From Candidatus Thorarchaeota archaeon (lineage in GTDB: Archaea; Asgardarchaeota; Thorarchaeia; Thorarchaeales; Thorarchaeaceae), in NCBI GenBank assembly GCA_011364985.1, contig RDOC01000001.1, positions 91,124-155,123 on the forward strand: 64,000 bases of DNA, written 5' to 3'. Numbering within the stretch: the first letter of the stretch is position 1; every line of letters starts with the position of its first letter. This document shows positions 28,540 through 37,298 of the stretch, in pieces. The notes under the pieces are model-generated. The model had not been told where the DNA came from, ran no database searches, and saw only the letters and a list, made by a program, of their open reading frames with translations. The position numbers and the translations under genes are program-made.

Positions 28540-28644
28540 AAGAAAAACCTCTTGTGTCGTTGCCGAACCTACACACAATTAAGCATTGACATTCATACGC
28601 GTCTTTCAGCAAATTGATTAGTAGGACTCGCATATTAAAGTAAT

Positions 28645-29022
28645 ATGGCACTCCGAGAAAGGATCCCAGACCAATTGAAGCTGAGAAACGAGGTAGTATC
28701 CATTACTATGGAAGACGACGTGTCTGTGTTCCCCACGAATGAATACATTCTGCTAGAGATATCTCACACTGTCGGTAAGATTAACATTCCACAGATTGCT
28801 GGAACAATACGCGATCTTGTCAAGAGCGATTCAAGAATGGTAGCTATCAGAGGGTATGGGTTCAAGGGAATCGGTCTTTCAGTTCGGATTGCTCATGAAT
28901 TGAAGAAGAGGGAGCAACGATTTCTCTATCAGATGACCTTTGATACCTTTGACGCAATTGATCCCAAGGATGAAAAAATACTCACTAGCGTACAGATCAT
29001 CGTAATGCCCCCAGAATCGTAG
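28645..29022 (+). CDS. Hypothetical protein, possibly Alba-fold (tentative)
   Basis: 125 aa. The order of predicted elements and the stretch RMVAIRGYGFKGIGLSVRIAHELKKRE resemble the Alba beta2-alpha2 region (..[20 protein letters not shown]). Similarity is weak and judged by eye. Confidence 0.3.
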   Translation: MALRERIPDQLKLRNEVVSITMEDDVSVFPTNEYILLEISHTVGKINIPQIAGTIRDLVKSDSRMVAIRGYGFKGIGLSVRIAHELKKREQRFLYQMTFDTFDAIDPKDEKILTSVQIIVMPPES

Positions 29023-29030
29023 GTGCGACG

Positions 29031-29759
29031 ATGGTAGGAGAATCTGGAAATATGAATGAAGAAAGTGTGGAGCAGGCAATTGGAAATGAATCCTCGATTC
29101 TTAGATGCAAGATATCAAACCTGCAGTTTCCAGAGATATGTCCTGTTTGCATGAAAGAAGGAGAGGACCTTATTGCAGTCACGGTCATAGAGAGAAGTCC
29201 AAGCAAGGAGAGGTATGACACTCACTCTTCATGGGGCAGTGGTGAAGATAAAGTGGGAGCTGCACTTGAGGCAGCAAGAGGTGCAACGGTTTTCTGGATT
29301 CCAACATGCCTCAAACATGGAAGCCGAAGCGTTCGCACCGAAAGGAAGCGACTGCTTGCATTTGCGGCCTATTTTGTCATGTTTTATCCAATGCTCTACT
29401 TTTTCCTCTCACTAAGAAATGCGATGCTTCAAGAAAGACCCTTTGAAATTCCACTCCTCGGACTTCTGGTGACTTTGCTGATATTCCTTTTAATGGCATT
29501 TTACGGCTTCTATCCAAGGTCTCTTGAGAAAGCCGTCACAATTCTGAATACAGAGAGAAGCAGGGATAGTGTATATCTAAGGATCAGAAACGATGAGTAC
29601 AGAAGAGCCTTCATGGAGCTCAATGAGATGTCCTGCGACTTCGTTTCTTCTGTTGCTGCCACTCAAGCTCAAGAAGAGGATCCATCAGAATTCAAGAGAC
29701 AAACCTCCATAGAAGGATACGGTATAGATGTTTCTTCGGGTGTGGCTGATGAAGAATAG
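29031..29759 (+). CDS. Membrane protein with N-terminal Cys motif
   Basis: 242 aa with CPVC...C..H near the N-terminus, two hydrophobic helices (LLAFAAYFVMFYPMLYFFL, LLGLLVTLLIFLLMAFYGF) and an acidic tail. Confidence 0.45.
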   Translation: MVGESGNMNEESVEQAIGNESSILRCKISNLQFPEICPVCMKEGEDLIAVTVIERSPSKERYDTHSSWGSGEDKVGAALEAARGATVFWIPTCLKHGSRSVRTERKRLLAFAAYFVMFYPMLYFFLSLRNAMLQERPFEIPLLGLLVTLLIFLLMAFYGFYPRSLEKAVTILNTERSRDSVYLRIRNDEYRRAFMELNEMSCDFVSSVAATQAQEEDPSEFKRQTSIEGYGIDVSSGVADEE

Positions 29760-30969
29760 AATTGGAAGGGTGTTTGCTGCCTTGTCGCTGGCTATGGTCA
29801 TTCTCGCTCAGACAGTGGTTTCGCCAAATATAGTGGCCGCAAGTCACGGGCACGTTACACCTATCTCAGTTTCACTGTCACAGATGCCAAGTGACTATAT
29901 TGAACACCTTCCGATATATGTTCAGGAGTCTAGTGACTTCATCAGTTTCGGTTTTGATGGAACAGGAACGCCCGACGATCCCTTTGCCATAGAAGGACTG
30001 AATATCACCGCAACAACAAGATGTGTGTATCTGCAGAATATCTCAGATCATGTTGTAATCCGAAATTGCTACTTTAGGGCTAGTAATTATCAATTTCCAT
30101 GTGTAGCTCTTGATCACACCAACCAAACGACATTCGAAAAGTGCATCTTTCAAGGAGGGTCGTGCGGTATGAGCCTAGCAAACACGGCTTTCATTTCAGC
30201 TGCTGACAACATATTTCTTGAAGCAGAGATAGGGATAAGAGCCACCTCTGCATTCATGTTCAATTGCTCCAGATGTCGAATTCTAAATAACGAATATGGC
30301 ATATTATTGAGTGAAAGTCATGTGTGCAACCTGACGAGAAATAAGGTATATCGAAACTCAGAATTTGGAATTTGCATGGGCTTGGAGTCTGTGAATAACC
30401 TAGTAACAGAGAATACAGTTGGGAGAAATCACGCCTCTGAAATAGAGATTAACGCAATAGACATTGGACTATCGAATAACTGGACTGGTAACTACTGGTC
30501 AGACTATGCTCCGCCAGGACCATATACGATTTCCGGTGCGGCGAGTTCGACCGACAACACACCAAGCAAGTTTCAGGACGACCAAAGCCCCTTTCTAGAA
30601 GCTCATCAAGACTTATTCTACGCAGAGGGAAGCACTGGAAATGAGATTCAATGGAATGCAACTGACGAATTCTCGTGGACCTATGTCATTACTAGAGGAA
30701 CACAAGTAGAGAAAGAAGGTACATGGATCAGCCAGATTATTACCTTCGAAATCGATGGTCTGCCTCAAGGAAATCACATGTTCCAGATCAGACTCTTTGA
30801 CATCGACGGGAATGAGGCATTCGATGATGTTGAAGTCTTCGTTTTCGTTATAATATTCAGTAACATTGGTACAACTGAACTCATGATAGGCTCCTTGGGA
30901 AGTGTTGGATTTGTGCTAGGAGTGTTAATATTCTTCAAAATGCGGCAGAAAAGACATTCTTCAATCTAG
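29749..30969 (+). CDS. Secreted, membrane-anchored right-handed parallel beta-helix (NosD/pectate-lyase-like) repeat protein
   Basis: Signal-like N-terminus MKNRIGRVFAALSLAMVILAQ, repeated beta-helix turns (NCYF, KCIF, NIFL, CRILNNEYGILL, NKVYRNSEFGICM) and a C-terminal TM anchor followed by basic residues (GFVLGVLIFFKMRQKR). Confidence 0.6.
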   Translation: MKNRIGRVFAALSLAMVILAQTVVSPNIVAASHGHVTPISVSLSQMPSDYIEHLPIYVQESSDFISFGFDGTGTPDDPFAIEGLNITATTRCVYLQNISDHVVIRNCYFRASNYQFPCVALDHTNQTTFEKCIFQGGSCGMSLANTAFISAADNIFLEAEIGIRATSAFMFNCSRCRILNNEYGILLSESHVCNLTRNKVYRNSEFGICMGLESVNNLVTENTVGRNHASEIEINAIDIGLSNNWTGNYWSDYAPPGPYTISGAASSTDNTPSKFQDDQSPFLEAHQDLFYAEGSTGNEIQWNATDEFSWTYVITRGTQVEKEGTWISQIITFEIDGLPQGNHMFQIRLFDIDGNEAFDDVEVFVFVIIFSNIGTTELMIGSLGSVGFVLGVLIFFKMRQKRHSSI

Positions 30970-31351
30970 TTGGAAATCTATTCGTAGTCCTTCAGCTATA
31001 AATGAGCAAAGTATCACTCCTTGTTGCCCCCGAGGACGTATTCGAAGCCAATTGACATTTGATAGGTTCGTTGTTTGCACCACTCATTCTTTTCTTGATC
31101 TTAGGGCTGACACAATCAATAGATGCGGTGGATGTTCTCGCCTGCATTATCATTCTTGCATGAAGAAACGCGCCTAGACATCGTCTCTTTGATGGTGTAG
31201 CTCTTCCTCGCTATGCCATCCTTCTTTTGAATAGAACCAGATTCTGCGCCTTCTATCAATTTGCGGTCAAGAACAGGTGCAATCCACTAAATACATAAGC
31301 ATGGCCTCTCGTGCCATCGATGAAGCTTCCCTATGTAGGTGAAGATAGATA

Positions 31352-31927
31352 ATGGCGCTTGACTTCGCGAAAGGAATCACTGAGTTCCGATGGCACGGAC
31401 GCGGCGGACAAGGTGTTGTCACATCGAATCAGATGCTTGGCAAGGCCGCTCTGGCGGAAGGCAACTACATACAGGCCTTCCCTGAGTTCGGGCCAGAACG
31501 AACCGGAGCCCCAGTGCGGGCATTTTTGAGAATCAGCAAGAGCCCCATCCAGGTCTACGCGCAGGTATATAATCCTGACATTGTGGTCTGCATAGACCCA
31601 ACCCTTCTGGACGTGGTTGACCCCTCAGAGGGCTTGAAGCCAGATGGAACGCTCGTGCTTAACACTACATTGAGCTCGGAGGAGATTCGCAAGAAGTTCA
31701 ACTTCAAGGGTGGCAAGGTGGTTAGTGTTGATGCCACCAAGATTGCGCTAGACATCCTCGGAAGGCCCTTTTACAATATGCCAACAATGGCAGCAGCTGT
31801 GAAAGCCTCCGGTGTTGTCAATATCGAGACCGTCATCAACGAAGTTGTAGAACGATACCCGGGCAAGATTGGCGACCTAAACAAGGCTGCGATGAAACGA
31901 GCTGTAGAGGAGGCAAGAATAGGATGA
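31352..31927 (+). CDS. 2-oxoacid:ferredoxin oxidoreductase gamma subunit (four-subunit POR/VOR type)
   Basis: 191 aa with FRWHGRGGQGVVTSNQMLGKAALAEG, typical of the gamma subunit. Confidence 0.8.
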   Translation: MALDFAKGITEFRWHGRGGQGVVTSNQMLGKAALAEGNYIQAFPEFGPERTGAPVRAFLRISKSPIQVYAQVYNPDIVVCIDPTLLDVVDPSEGLKPDGTLVLNTTLSSEEIRKKFNFKGGKVVSVDATKIALDILGRPFYNMPTMAAAVKASGVVNIETVINEVVERYPGKIGDLNKAAMKRAVEEARIG

Positions 31928-32220
31928 GCGAGAAATTCAACGAGATTCCGATGGCAGGTAATATTATTGAACCCGGTAATGCTGTGAAATACAGAACTGG
32001 AGGATGGCGAGCCCAAAGACCAGTCCATGACCCGACAAATTGCCTCTGGATAAAGAATGGTACCTGCGGAAGATGCTGGATATTCTGTCCTGATATGGCG
32101 ATTCGTCTTATCGAGAAGGATGGAAAGTACAGCTATGAATACAATCTGGATGCATGCAAGGGCTGTGGAATTTGCTCCAATGAGTGCCCTACAGATAGCA
32201 TCAAAATGAAGAGTGAGTAG
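31924..32220 (+). CDS. 2-oxoacid:ferredoxin oxidoreductase delta subunit (2x[4Fe-4S] ferredoxin)
   Basis: 98 aa with CGRCWIFCPDMAI and CKGCGICSNECPTDSI. Overlaps the gamma subunit stop (ATGA). Confidence 0.8.
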   Translation: MSEKFNEIPMAGNIIEPGNAVKYRTGGWRAQRPVHDPTNCLWIKNGTCGRCWIFCPDMAIRLIEKDGKYSYEYNLDACKGCGICSNECPTDSIKMKSE

Positions 32221-32229
32221 ATAGCTGCA

Positions 32230-32319
32230 GTGGAAAGAGCATCCCAAGAAAAGATTACGATTGAAAGACCCACCGGCGAAGCAGCAATTGCACATGCGCT
32301 GAAGCAGTGCGAGCATTAA
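32230..32319 (+). pseudogene. 29-codon stub of a 2-oxoacid:ferredoxin oxidoreductase alpha subunit 5' end
   Basis: GTG lies 10 nt after the delta subunit stop and reads MERASQEKITIERPTGEAAIAHALKQCEH-stop. It aligns codon for codon with the alpha subunit 5' end at 47325-47393 and terminates where that similarity ends. Confidence 0.7.
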
Positions 32320-32958
32320 TGGCACTGGACTTTCTGAAAACAATAGATTATATTGTTCTAGAGGATATGTTGTATCTCGGGATAGAGTTTCTTATTCCAA
32401 ACAAGACTCTGAGTTTGCCTGAGCATCAGGTTCGTTTCTCTTATACAAATAACAATGTTCTCCTAGGCAAGCATCTATATGGACTCGTACTTCGAATCGA
32501 TGCTCATCTCGGATGGGTTCGCTCATTCTCTCGTACAGGATTTCTCCTTCCAACTGCTGACACATCGTATGTTATTGCACCAAGCTTGGTTGAAGAACTC
32601 GTAAAGAAGAAAATGGGAGATAGTAGGGCAAAAATCATTAAGATGAATAACCTACTTTTTGCTCGTCGAGGATGGGAGTTACCTTGGGAGATCCACCAGA
32701 TTGAGATTCTCACTTGCTTGGAGAGTTGAGGTAGAAACAGCAGCAGGAGATAGATTGGTTCTTAATGAATCCCTGAGAGTCGCTTATAATGGAGAACAGT
32801 TTAGTCCGGCTCCTTTGTATCTTCGTCTTGGCATCGTTGGAGAAAGTACTATGTTCTATCTAATCTTGGCGCCTTCATGGTGCATTGCCATTGCAGCCAT
32901 TGCCTTTCTTCTCATGAAACGACGACTCTCTAGAATCTTGGTATTGAAGAGAGGATGA
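32307..32958 (+). pseudogene. Two overlapping ORFs in different frames (32307..32729, 32659..32958); possibly one decayed gene ending in a C-terminal TM anchor
   Basis: No family recognised. The second ORF ends with a TM helix plus basic tail (LILAPSWCIAIAAIAFLLMKRRLSR). The frame change would fall within the 70-nt overlap. Confidence 0.2.
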
Positions 32959-33032
32959 AGTTGAGACATGCAATTAAGAATCCCAAATAGTAGCTTTGTA
33001 GATTCTACCTGACAATAAACCGTGTCTTGTTA

Positions 33033-33045
33033 CAGATACACTGAC
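33033..33045 (+). repeat. 13-nt CAGATACACTGAC, exact direct copy of 47430-47442
   Basis: Read directly from the sequence. It lies in an ORF-poor stretch and is followed by a hairpin at 33047-33063. Confidence 0.5.
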
Positions 33046-33046
33046 A

Positions 33047-33063
33047 TTGCCTTACGAAGGCAA
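33047..33063. other. Perfect 7-bp stem, 3-nt loop hairpin TTGCCTT-ACG-AAGGCAA
   Basis: Read directly from the sequence. It begins 2 nt after the end of the 13-nt repeat (one intervening base, A at 33046). Confidence 0.4.
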
Positions 33064-33282
33064 CAAAATCCCCTCGACCAAGATCAGCTTGGCCTAGGTT
33101 GGTCCATCAGCTTGGGTTATTATATCAACGTTGTTGAGCATCAAGGTCTTGACCTCATCATCGGCATGATGACGTCAGCTGTTCCCCAATGAATTTGCGA
33201 ATCGGTATGATTCCGCTGCTAGCTATCATTGTGCTGAATATCCCCTAATGCAATGGTTATATCGAGCACCAAGATTTCAGTC

Positions 33283-34227
33283 CTAACAATATGAGTAAGT
33301 GAACTGCATATGCCTGTATGTTTCCCTAAGACCTACCTTGTGATACAATCCAATCGCTGCGGAATTATCGATATCTACAAGCAATTCCACCCTTGTGTGA
33401 CCTTTAAGATACGCGCGATTCATGACCTCCTGTAGAAGGCATAATCCATATCCTTTTCTTCGATGCTCAGCGAGTACTCCTAGGGCATTTATCTGCAGTA
33501 TTTTGCCATCCCTTTCATCAGTGCCACCAGAAACTGTCCAACCTACGCACAGCCCCACTGGAATGTTTCTGACTTCTCCCAATACAACGAGGTTAGGATC
33601 AAAGCCCACGAGCTTACTGCGTGATTCTAGGGACTGTGATGTGACTGGAGCATAGTACATTGTATTCTTGAATAGCTTATTCTGAAGGGTTGCCCATGTT
33701 TCCAGTTCTTTCTGGGGATGTAAAGCTCTCACTTTGAAGCCCCATGGATATAGCGCTGGTCTTACTGGTTCGGTGAAATCAAGTCTCATTTTGACGCGAG
33801 AATTAATGTGATGAAAACCAAGACTTGCAGCGAAAGCGATGGCATAAGGTCGGAAGCTCAGAGCCCGAAGGGATAACTCATTGACATGTTGATTCATTGC
33901 TCTTAAACGAAGCCGAAGGAATAGGCTTGTACCTATCCCCCTTCTACGATATTTCGGATGTACGTGAATGACAAGTTGTGCTCTTTTCAGTTCCTCGGAC
34001 ACGAATATTGTGCCAGCAGCAACAAGGAAACCTGCACTATCTCGTACTAGAACAACATCCTTGGACAGGTCGGTTCCAGATGACTGGAATGCAGAACGGA
34101 AATAACGTGCCGTATAGTCAGAATGATTCTTATTATCATAGCCCTCGCTAAGGTTGTACAACATGGCATAGTCGCTGAGCATCTCTTCGTCCCCAGGCCC
34201 ATAGAAGAATAGTTCTTCTTCAACCAT
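33283..34227 (-). CDS. Tandem GNAT (double acetyltransferase domain) protein
   Basis: 314 aa with two acetyl-CoA-binding motifs: HVHPKYRRRGIGTSLFLRL and GVLAEHRRKGYGLCLLQEV. Confidence 0.7.
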   Translation of the reverse strand: MVEEELFFYGPGDEEMLSDYAMLYNLSEGYDNKNHSDYTARYFRSAFQSSGTDLSKDVVLVRDSAGFLVAAGTIFVSEELKRAQLVIHVHPKYRRRGIGTSLFLRLRLRAMNQHVNELSLRALSFRPYAIAFAASLGFHHINSRVKMRLDFTEPVRPALYPWGFKVRALHPQKELETWATLQNKLFKNTMYYAPVTSQSLESRSKLVGFDPNLVVLGEVRNIPVGLCVGWTVSGGTDERDGKILQINALGVLAEHRRKGYGLCLLQEVMNRAYLKGHTRVELLVDIDNSAAIGLYHKVGLRETYRHMQFTYSYC

Positions 34228-34924
34228 GAGCCTGTTCCACCGTTCTTAATGGCTGGGCAGCGAGTTCAGCAACATGTCCCCAGAAACGTCTTTTTCTCAA
34301 ATGTTTGTAATGGAGGATTGCAGAACCCAAGTCAGTTATTTTCACATATTTCCTTCTGGAATGGCGTATTCTAGCTATGTAACCCGCTTTCTCCAAGTCA
34401 CTTAGGTGCCTGGAAACACCCGACCTTTGTATTCCGGTTTCCTTGGTTATATCCTTTTGATATGTCGGCACCGGCTGTTTTGCAAGAAAATCTAATATAT
34501 CCCGCTTTCTTCGGTGTAGATTCATCAACTCTGAGGGCCATATCTCAGTGATTTCAAATACATCGTCTGCCGTTGGGCAGAGTATTGTGGCATTTGTAAT
34601 CGCGGCCGCAACACATGCTGCAATTGCAAGGAGTCCCTTGCTCAATGCCACATTGAACTCAATTTGATATTCGTCAATCCTGTGGTGGTCCAAAGATCTT
34701 AGAACTGCTGTAAGAATGCTGTAAAAGTTGTATGGATCTACAGATACACTAGTGACAGGAAATCCTAATGCTGTGTATCTCTCCAGAATTCCAGCAGCAA
34801 GTTCTTGTTTATCCATGGGGTATATAATCACAAGCTCTGCAACTGATCTTCGCATCAAAACGCGCTCGATAGGTGCTCCCCCCTCCTCATCAAGTATTGC
34901 TACGTGGATTGTTGGTTGTGTCAT
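34220..34924 (-). CDS. Regulator with Rossmann-like (CARF/Csa3-like, tentative) N-terminal domain and C-terminal winged helix
   Basis: 234 aa. The N-terminal half alternates beta and alpha elements (IHVAIL, LVIIYP, IEFNVALSKGLLAIAACVAAAI, ATILCP), as in Csa3-type sensor domains. The C-terminal part is an ArsR-like wHTH (ILDFLAKQPVPTYQKDITKETGIQRSGVSRHLSDLEKAGYIARI). It overlaps the GNAT gene by 8 nt. Confidence 0.45.
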   Translation of the reverse strand: MTQPTIHVAILDEEGGAPIERVLMRRSVAELVIIYPMDKQELAAGILERYTALGFPVTSVSVDPYNFYSILTAVLRSLDHHRIDEYQIEFNVALSKGLLAIAACVAAAITNATILCPTADDVFEITEIWPSELMNLHRRKRDILDFLAKQPVPTYQKDITKETGIQRSGVSRHLSDLEKAGYIARIRHSRRKYVKITDLGSAILHYKHLRKRRFWGHVAELAAQPLRTVEQAHG

Positions 34925-35277
34925 TTGACATCCGACCTCGTGGTTTTTTCACGCTCAAGAGACCCCTATTGAAGCACAAGTCCGTGTTTCAGGGCTGTTC
35001 TTGATTCCTTCGTGGTATGGATTGTCGTTTTCAAGGCGAGGGACTAGACACTCTCCACCTACCTGTTTCTCGTATTGCATCTCAATATTCCAAGTTTGTC
35101 CCTGTTCCTATCTAAAACAATACAAGATTTGGGTATATAAGCAAACGATTCCTTCTCAATATGGCGTTCTAATGCAGAAATCGAAGGTTTAGCGTGCAGT
35201 CCCCATTTTGGCCAGTAGCATTCATCAACGATTTTGAATTTTTCAAAGATAATTGATACCGGATGCTCCTTGCAAGT

Positions 35278-37176
35278 CTAACCGCGTCTCTTGACCACCG
35301 GTACGGTTGCAAGAGCAGACTTGGCCGTTTTACGCGTTGGCGCTTCACATTCCTCTTCCAGCGAGTCAATCCATATGTCTATCTCTCTGTCTGGAGATAA
35401 CCATCTTTGCCTTTCCTCACTCCAGAGATGTTCGGGGAATCGCCATTGGCCCCATATACCACTTCCGAGGGGAGAGGCAACTACATTCCAACCGAGTTTC
35501 CTAATTGTGTCCATCATCTTGGTTGACCCGCCAATGGGAAGGTCGATGAGCATTGTGAGATCTCGTCTCTTACCATATTGCAGAACAACGTGCGGAATCT
35601 CTCTTGACCATGCGTCAAGCATGCTACTGATTCTGCTGTCTGTGGCACGGAGAGCCACTCTTTCAACCAAGCCAATATTGTGTGCATCCCAGACGCTCCG
35701 AATCAGTCCAGCAGACCGCAACCGCTTCATACGACGCGAAAGCTGGTTTTGTCCAATGCCTAGTCGCTTTCTTAGTGCTCTCGTTGAAGAAACATTTTCG
35801 TGAATATAGCTTAAGATCATTATGTCAGTGTTGTCAATGTATTCATTTGTTGTTAGTGAAGGTGTATCAATCTGCTCTATCACCTTGTCTAGTGATTCTC
35901 TCTCTATCCTTTGTCCCCATCCCAGCATTGCCACCCATGGAATAGCCCATTGGTGGTTTGCCACATCATAATGGTAGAACGAGAATGAATGACCCGCTGA
36001 ATGCGTTTCCCCTATGTCCACTGTTACGTCAATGTCATTGAGCCGCTTTGCCATAAGCTTGAGCGATTTGATATTGTCATAATTGTCAGGAACAGCCAAT
36101 CTAGCCATTACTTGCCATGGTCCGTTAAGGATATGTCTAATGCTGTACAAGAAAGGGCACTTATTCAAGAAACGAGAAGGGTCAAGTGAAGGTATACCAG
36201 AGAGCAAGACGTGAAAAGATCGAATTCCGATTCTTGAAAATGGCGTCGTTGTAAGGCCAATCAAAACACATTTCCGTTTGAGCCTATTGATTTGAGTGGA
36301 AATCCACGAACTGCTAAGCCCGGTCAATGATGCCAACACGTCATTTGATGCTTCCTGATTTCTCAGCAAGATATCTAGAATCTTCACCTCTGCATGCCCC
36401 AGTGACACTTGAATGTCTTGGCTTCTTCGAGCCATATACTCGATATATTCCTCAAAGTCTAGCACATGGCCATACCGTGCCATAGCCACAAGCTCATGAA
36501 TGAGAAGTCCAAAATGGCGTCTTCCCCCTAGTGCGCTTATCCATTTCATCAGCTTGAATGAGTTATACTCAAGGTTTGAGCGCATCCTTCTTGAAGGAAT
36601 TGCCTTCCATAACTCAATCCAACGACTCTGTTCATTCTTGTTCAGATACTGGCGGGCGTATTCTGTACCAAAATCCCTTTGAGCTTCAGTACAAAGATCA
36701 TTAGGTAGGGCTGCAATGAAACTCTCTCTGAAAACAACTCCCTTAAGTGATAGTCTACCACTTGCGACTTTTTCTGAGATCTTGAGTTCGCGAATTTTGG
36801 CATTGAAGTGTCCCCCAATTCGCAGAACTCCACTTTCAGGAGAAATTGCTATGTCAGTGGGACCCAAGGGCACCTCAAGTCCATAACACTCTTGGATCAC
36901 CTTTGCAGAAGCAGACCAATAGTCTGCAATATTGGATTCTAGTGAAATCATCACCATCTTCGGTTTACTTGAGGCCTTAAGAGCTTGTGGTGTTTTAAGT
37001 GTGTTTGGAAAAACGCCAATTGCTGAGGTGTTTTCCGTAGAGTTGTCGTATGGAACGCAACTTATCATCTGGACGTACATTTCGACCGTCATAGTTTGAA
37101 TTGAAATCCTGCGCAGAATAGCCGATGAAAATGTACGGACCACCAGAGAATCCCATAGAACCGTGGTAATGGTCAA
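35278..37176 (-). CDS. Large regulator with at least two Lrp/AsnC-type wHTH modules
   Basis: 632 aa with VKILDILLRNQEASNDVLASLTGLSSSWISTQINRLKRKCVL and IMILSYIHENVSSTRALRKRLGIGQNQLSRRMKRLRSAGLI, each followed by a ~100-aa domain. The N-terminal ~250 aa are unassigned. Confidence 0.5.
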   Translation of the reverse strand: MTITTVLWDSLVVRTFSSAILRRISIQTMTVEMYVQMISCVPYDNSTENTSAIGVFPNTLKTPQALKASSKPKMVMISLESNIADYWSASAKVIQECYGLEVPLGPTDIAISPESGVLRIGGHFNAKIRELKISEKVASGRLSLKGVVFRESFIAALPNDLCTEAQRDFGTEYARQYLNKNEQSRWIELWKAIPSRRMRSNLEYNSFKLMKWISALGGRRHFGLLIHELVAMARYGHVLDFEEYIEYMARRSQDIQVSLGHAEVKILDILLRNQEASNDVLASLTGLSSSWISTQINRLKRKCVLIGLTTTPFSRIGIRSFHVLLSGIPSLDPSRFLNKCPFLYSIRHILNGPWQVMARLAVPDNYDNIKSLKLMAKRLNDIDVTVDIGETHSAGHSFSFYHYDVANHQWAIPWVAMLGWGQRIERESLDKVIEQIDTPSLTTNEYIDNTDIMILSYIHENVSSTRALRKRLGIGQNQLSRRMKRLRSAGLIRSVWDAHNIGLVERVALRATDSRISSMLDAWSREIPHVVLQYGKRRDLTMLIDLPIGGSTKMMDTIRKLGWNVVASPLGSGIWGQWRFPEHLWSEERQRWLSPDREIDIWIDSLEEECEAPTRKTAKSALATVPVVKRRG

Positions 37177-37298
37177 ATTAGACTGAGCATTATAGTAAAC
37201 ACTACTGAGTCAGCGGTTTAGATGGTCAATCGCCTGAACATAGGCATCTCCATCGAGCGCCAGCTTACGATTACTGAGTTGCAGAGGTATCTTGGATT

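Noticed and set aside
25777-28578. Unusual ABC transporter layout, with the ATPase on the plus strand converging on and overlapping (29 nt) the permease, which is co-oriented with the binding protein on the minus strand.
   Set aside because: All three components look intact and of the same family. Convergent 3' overlap is not rare in compact archaeal genomes, so this is not considered a finding.
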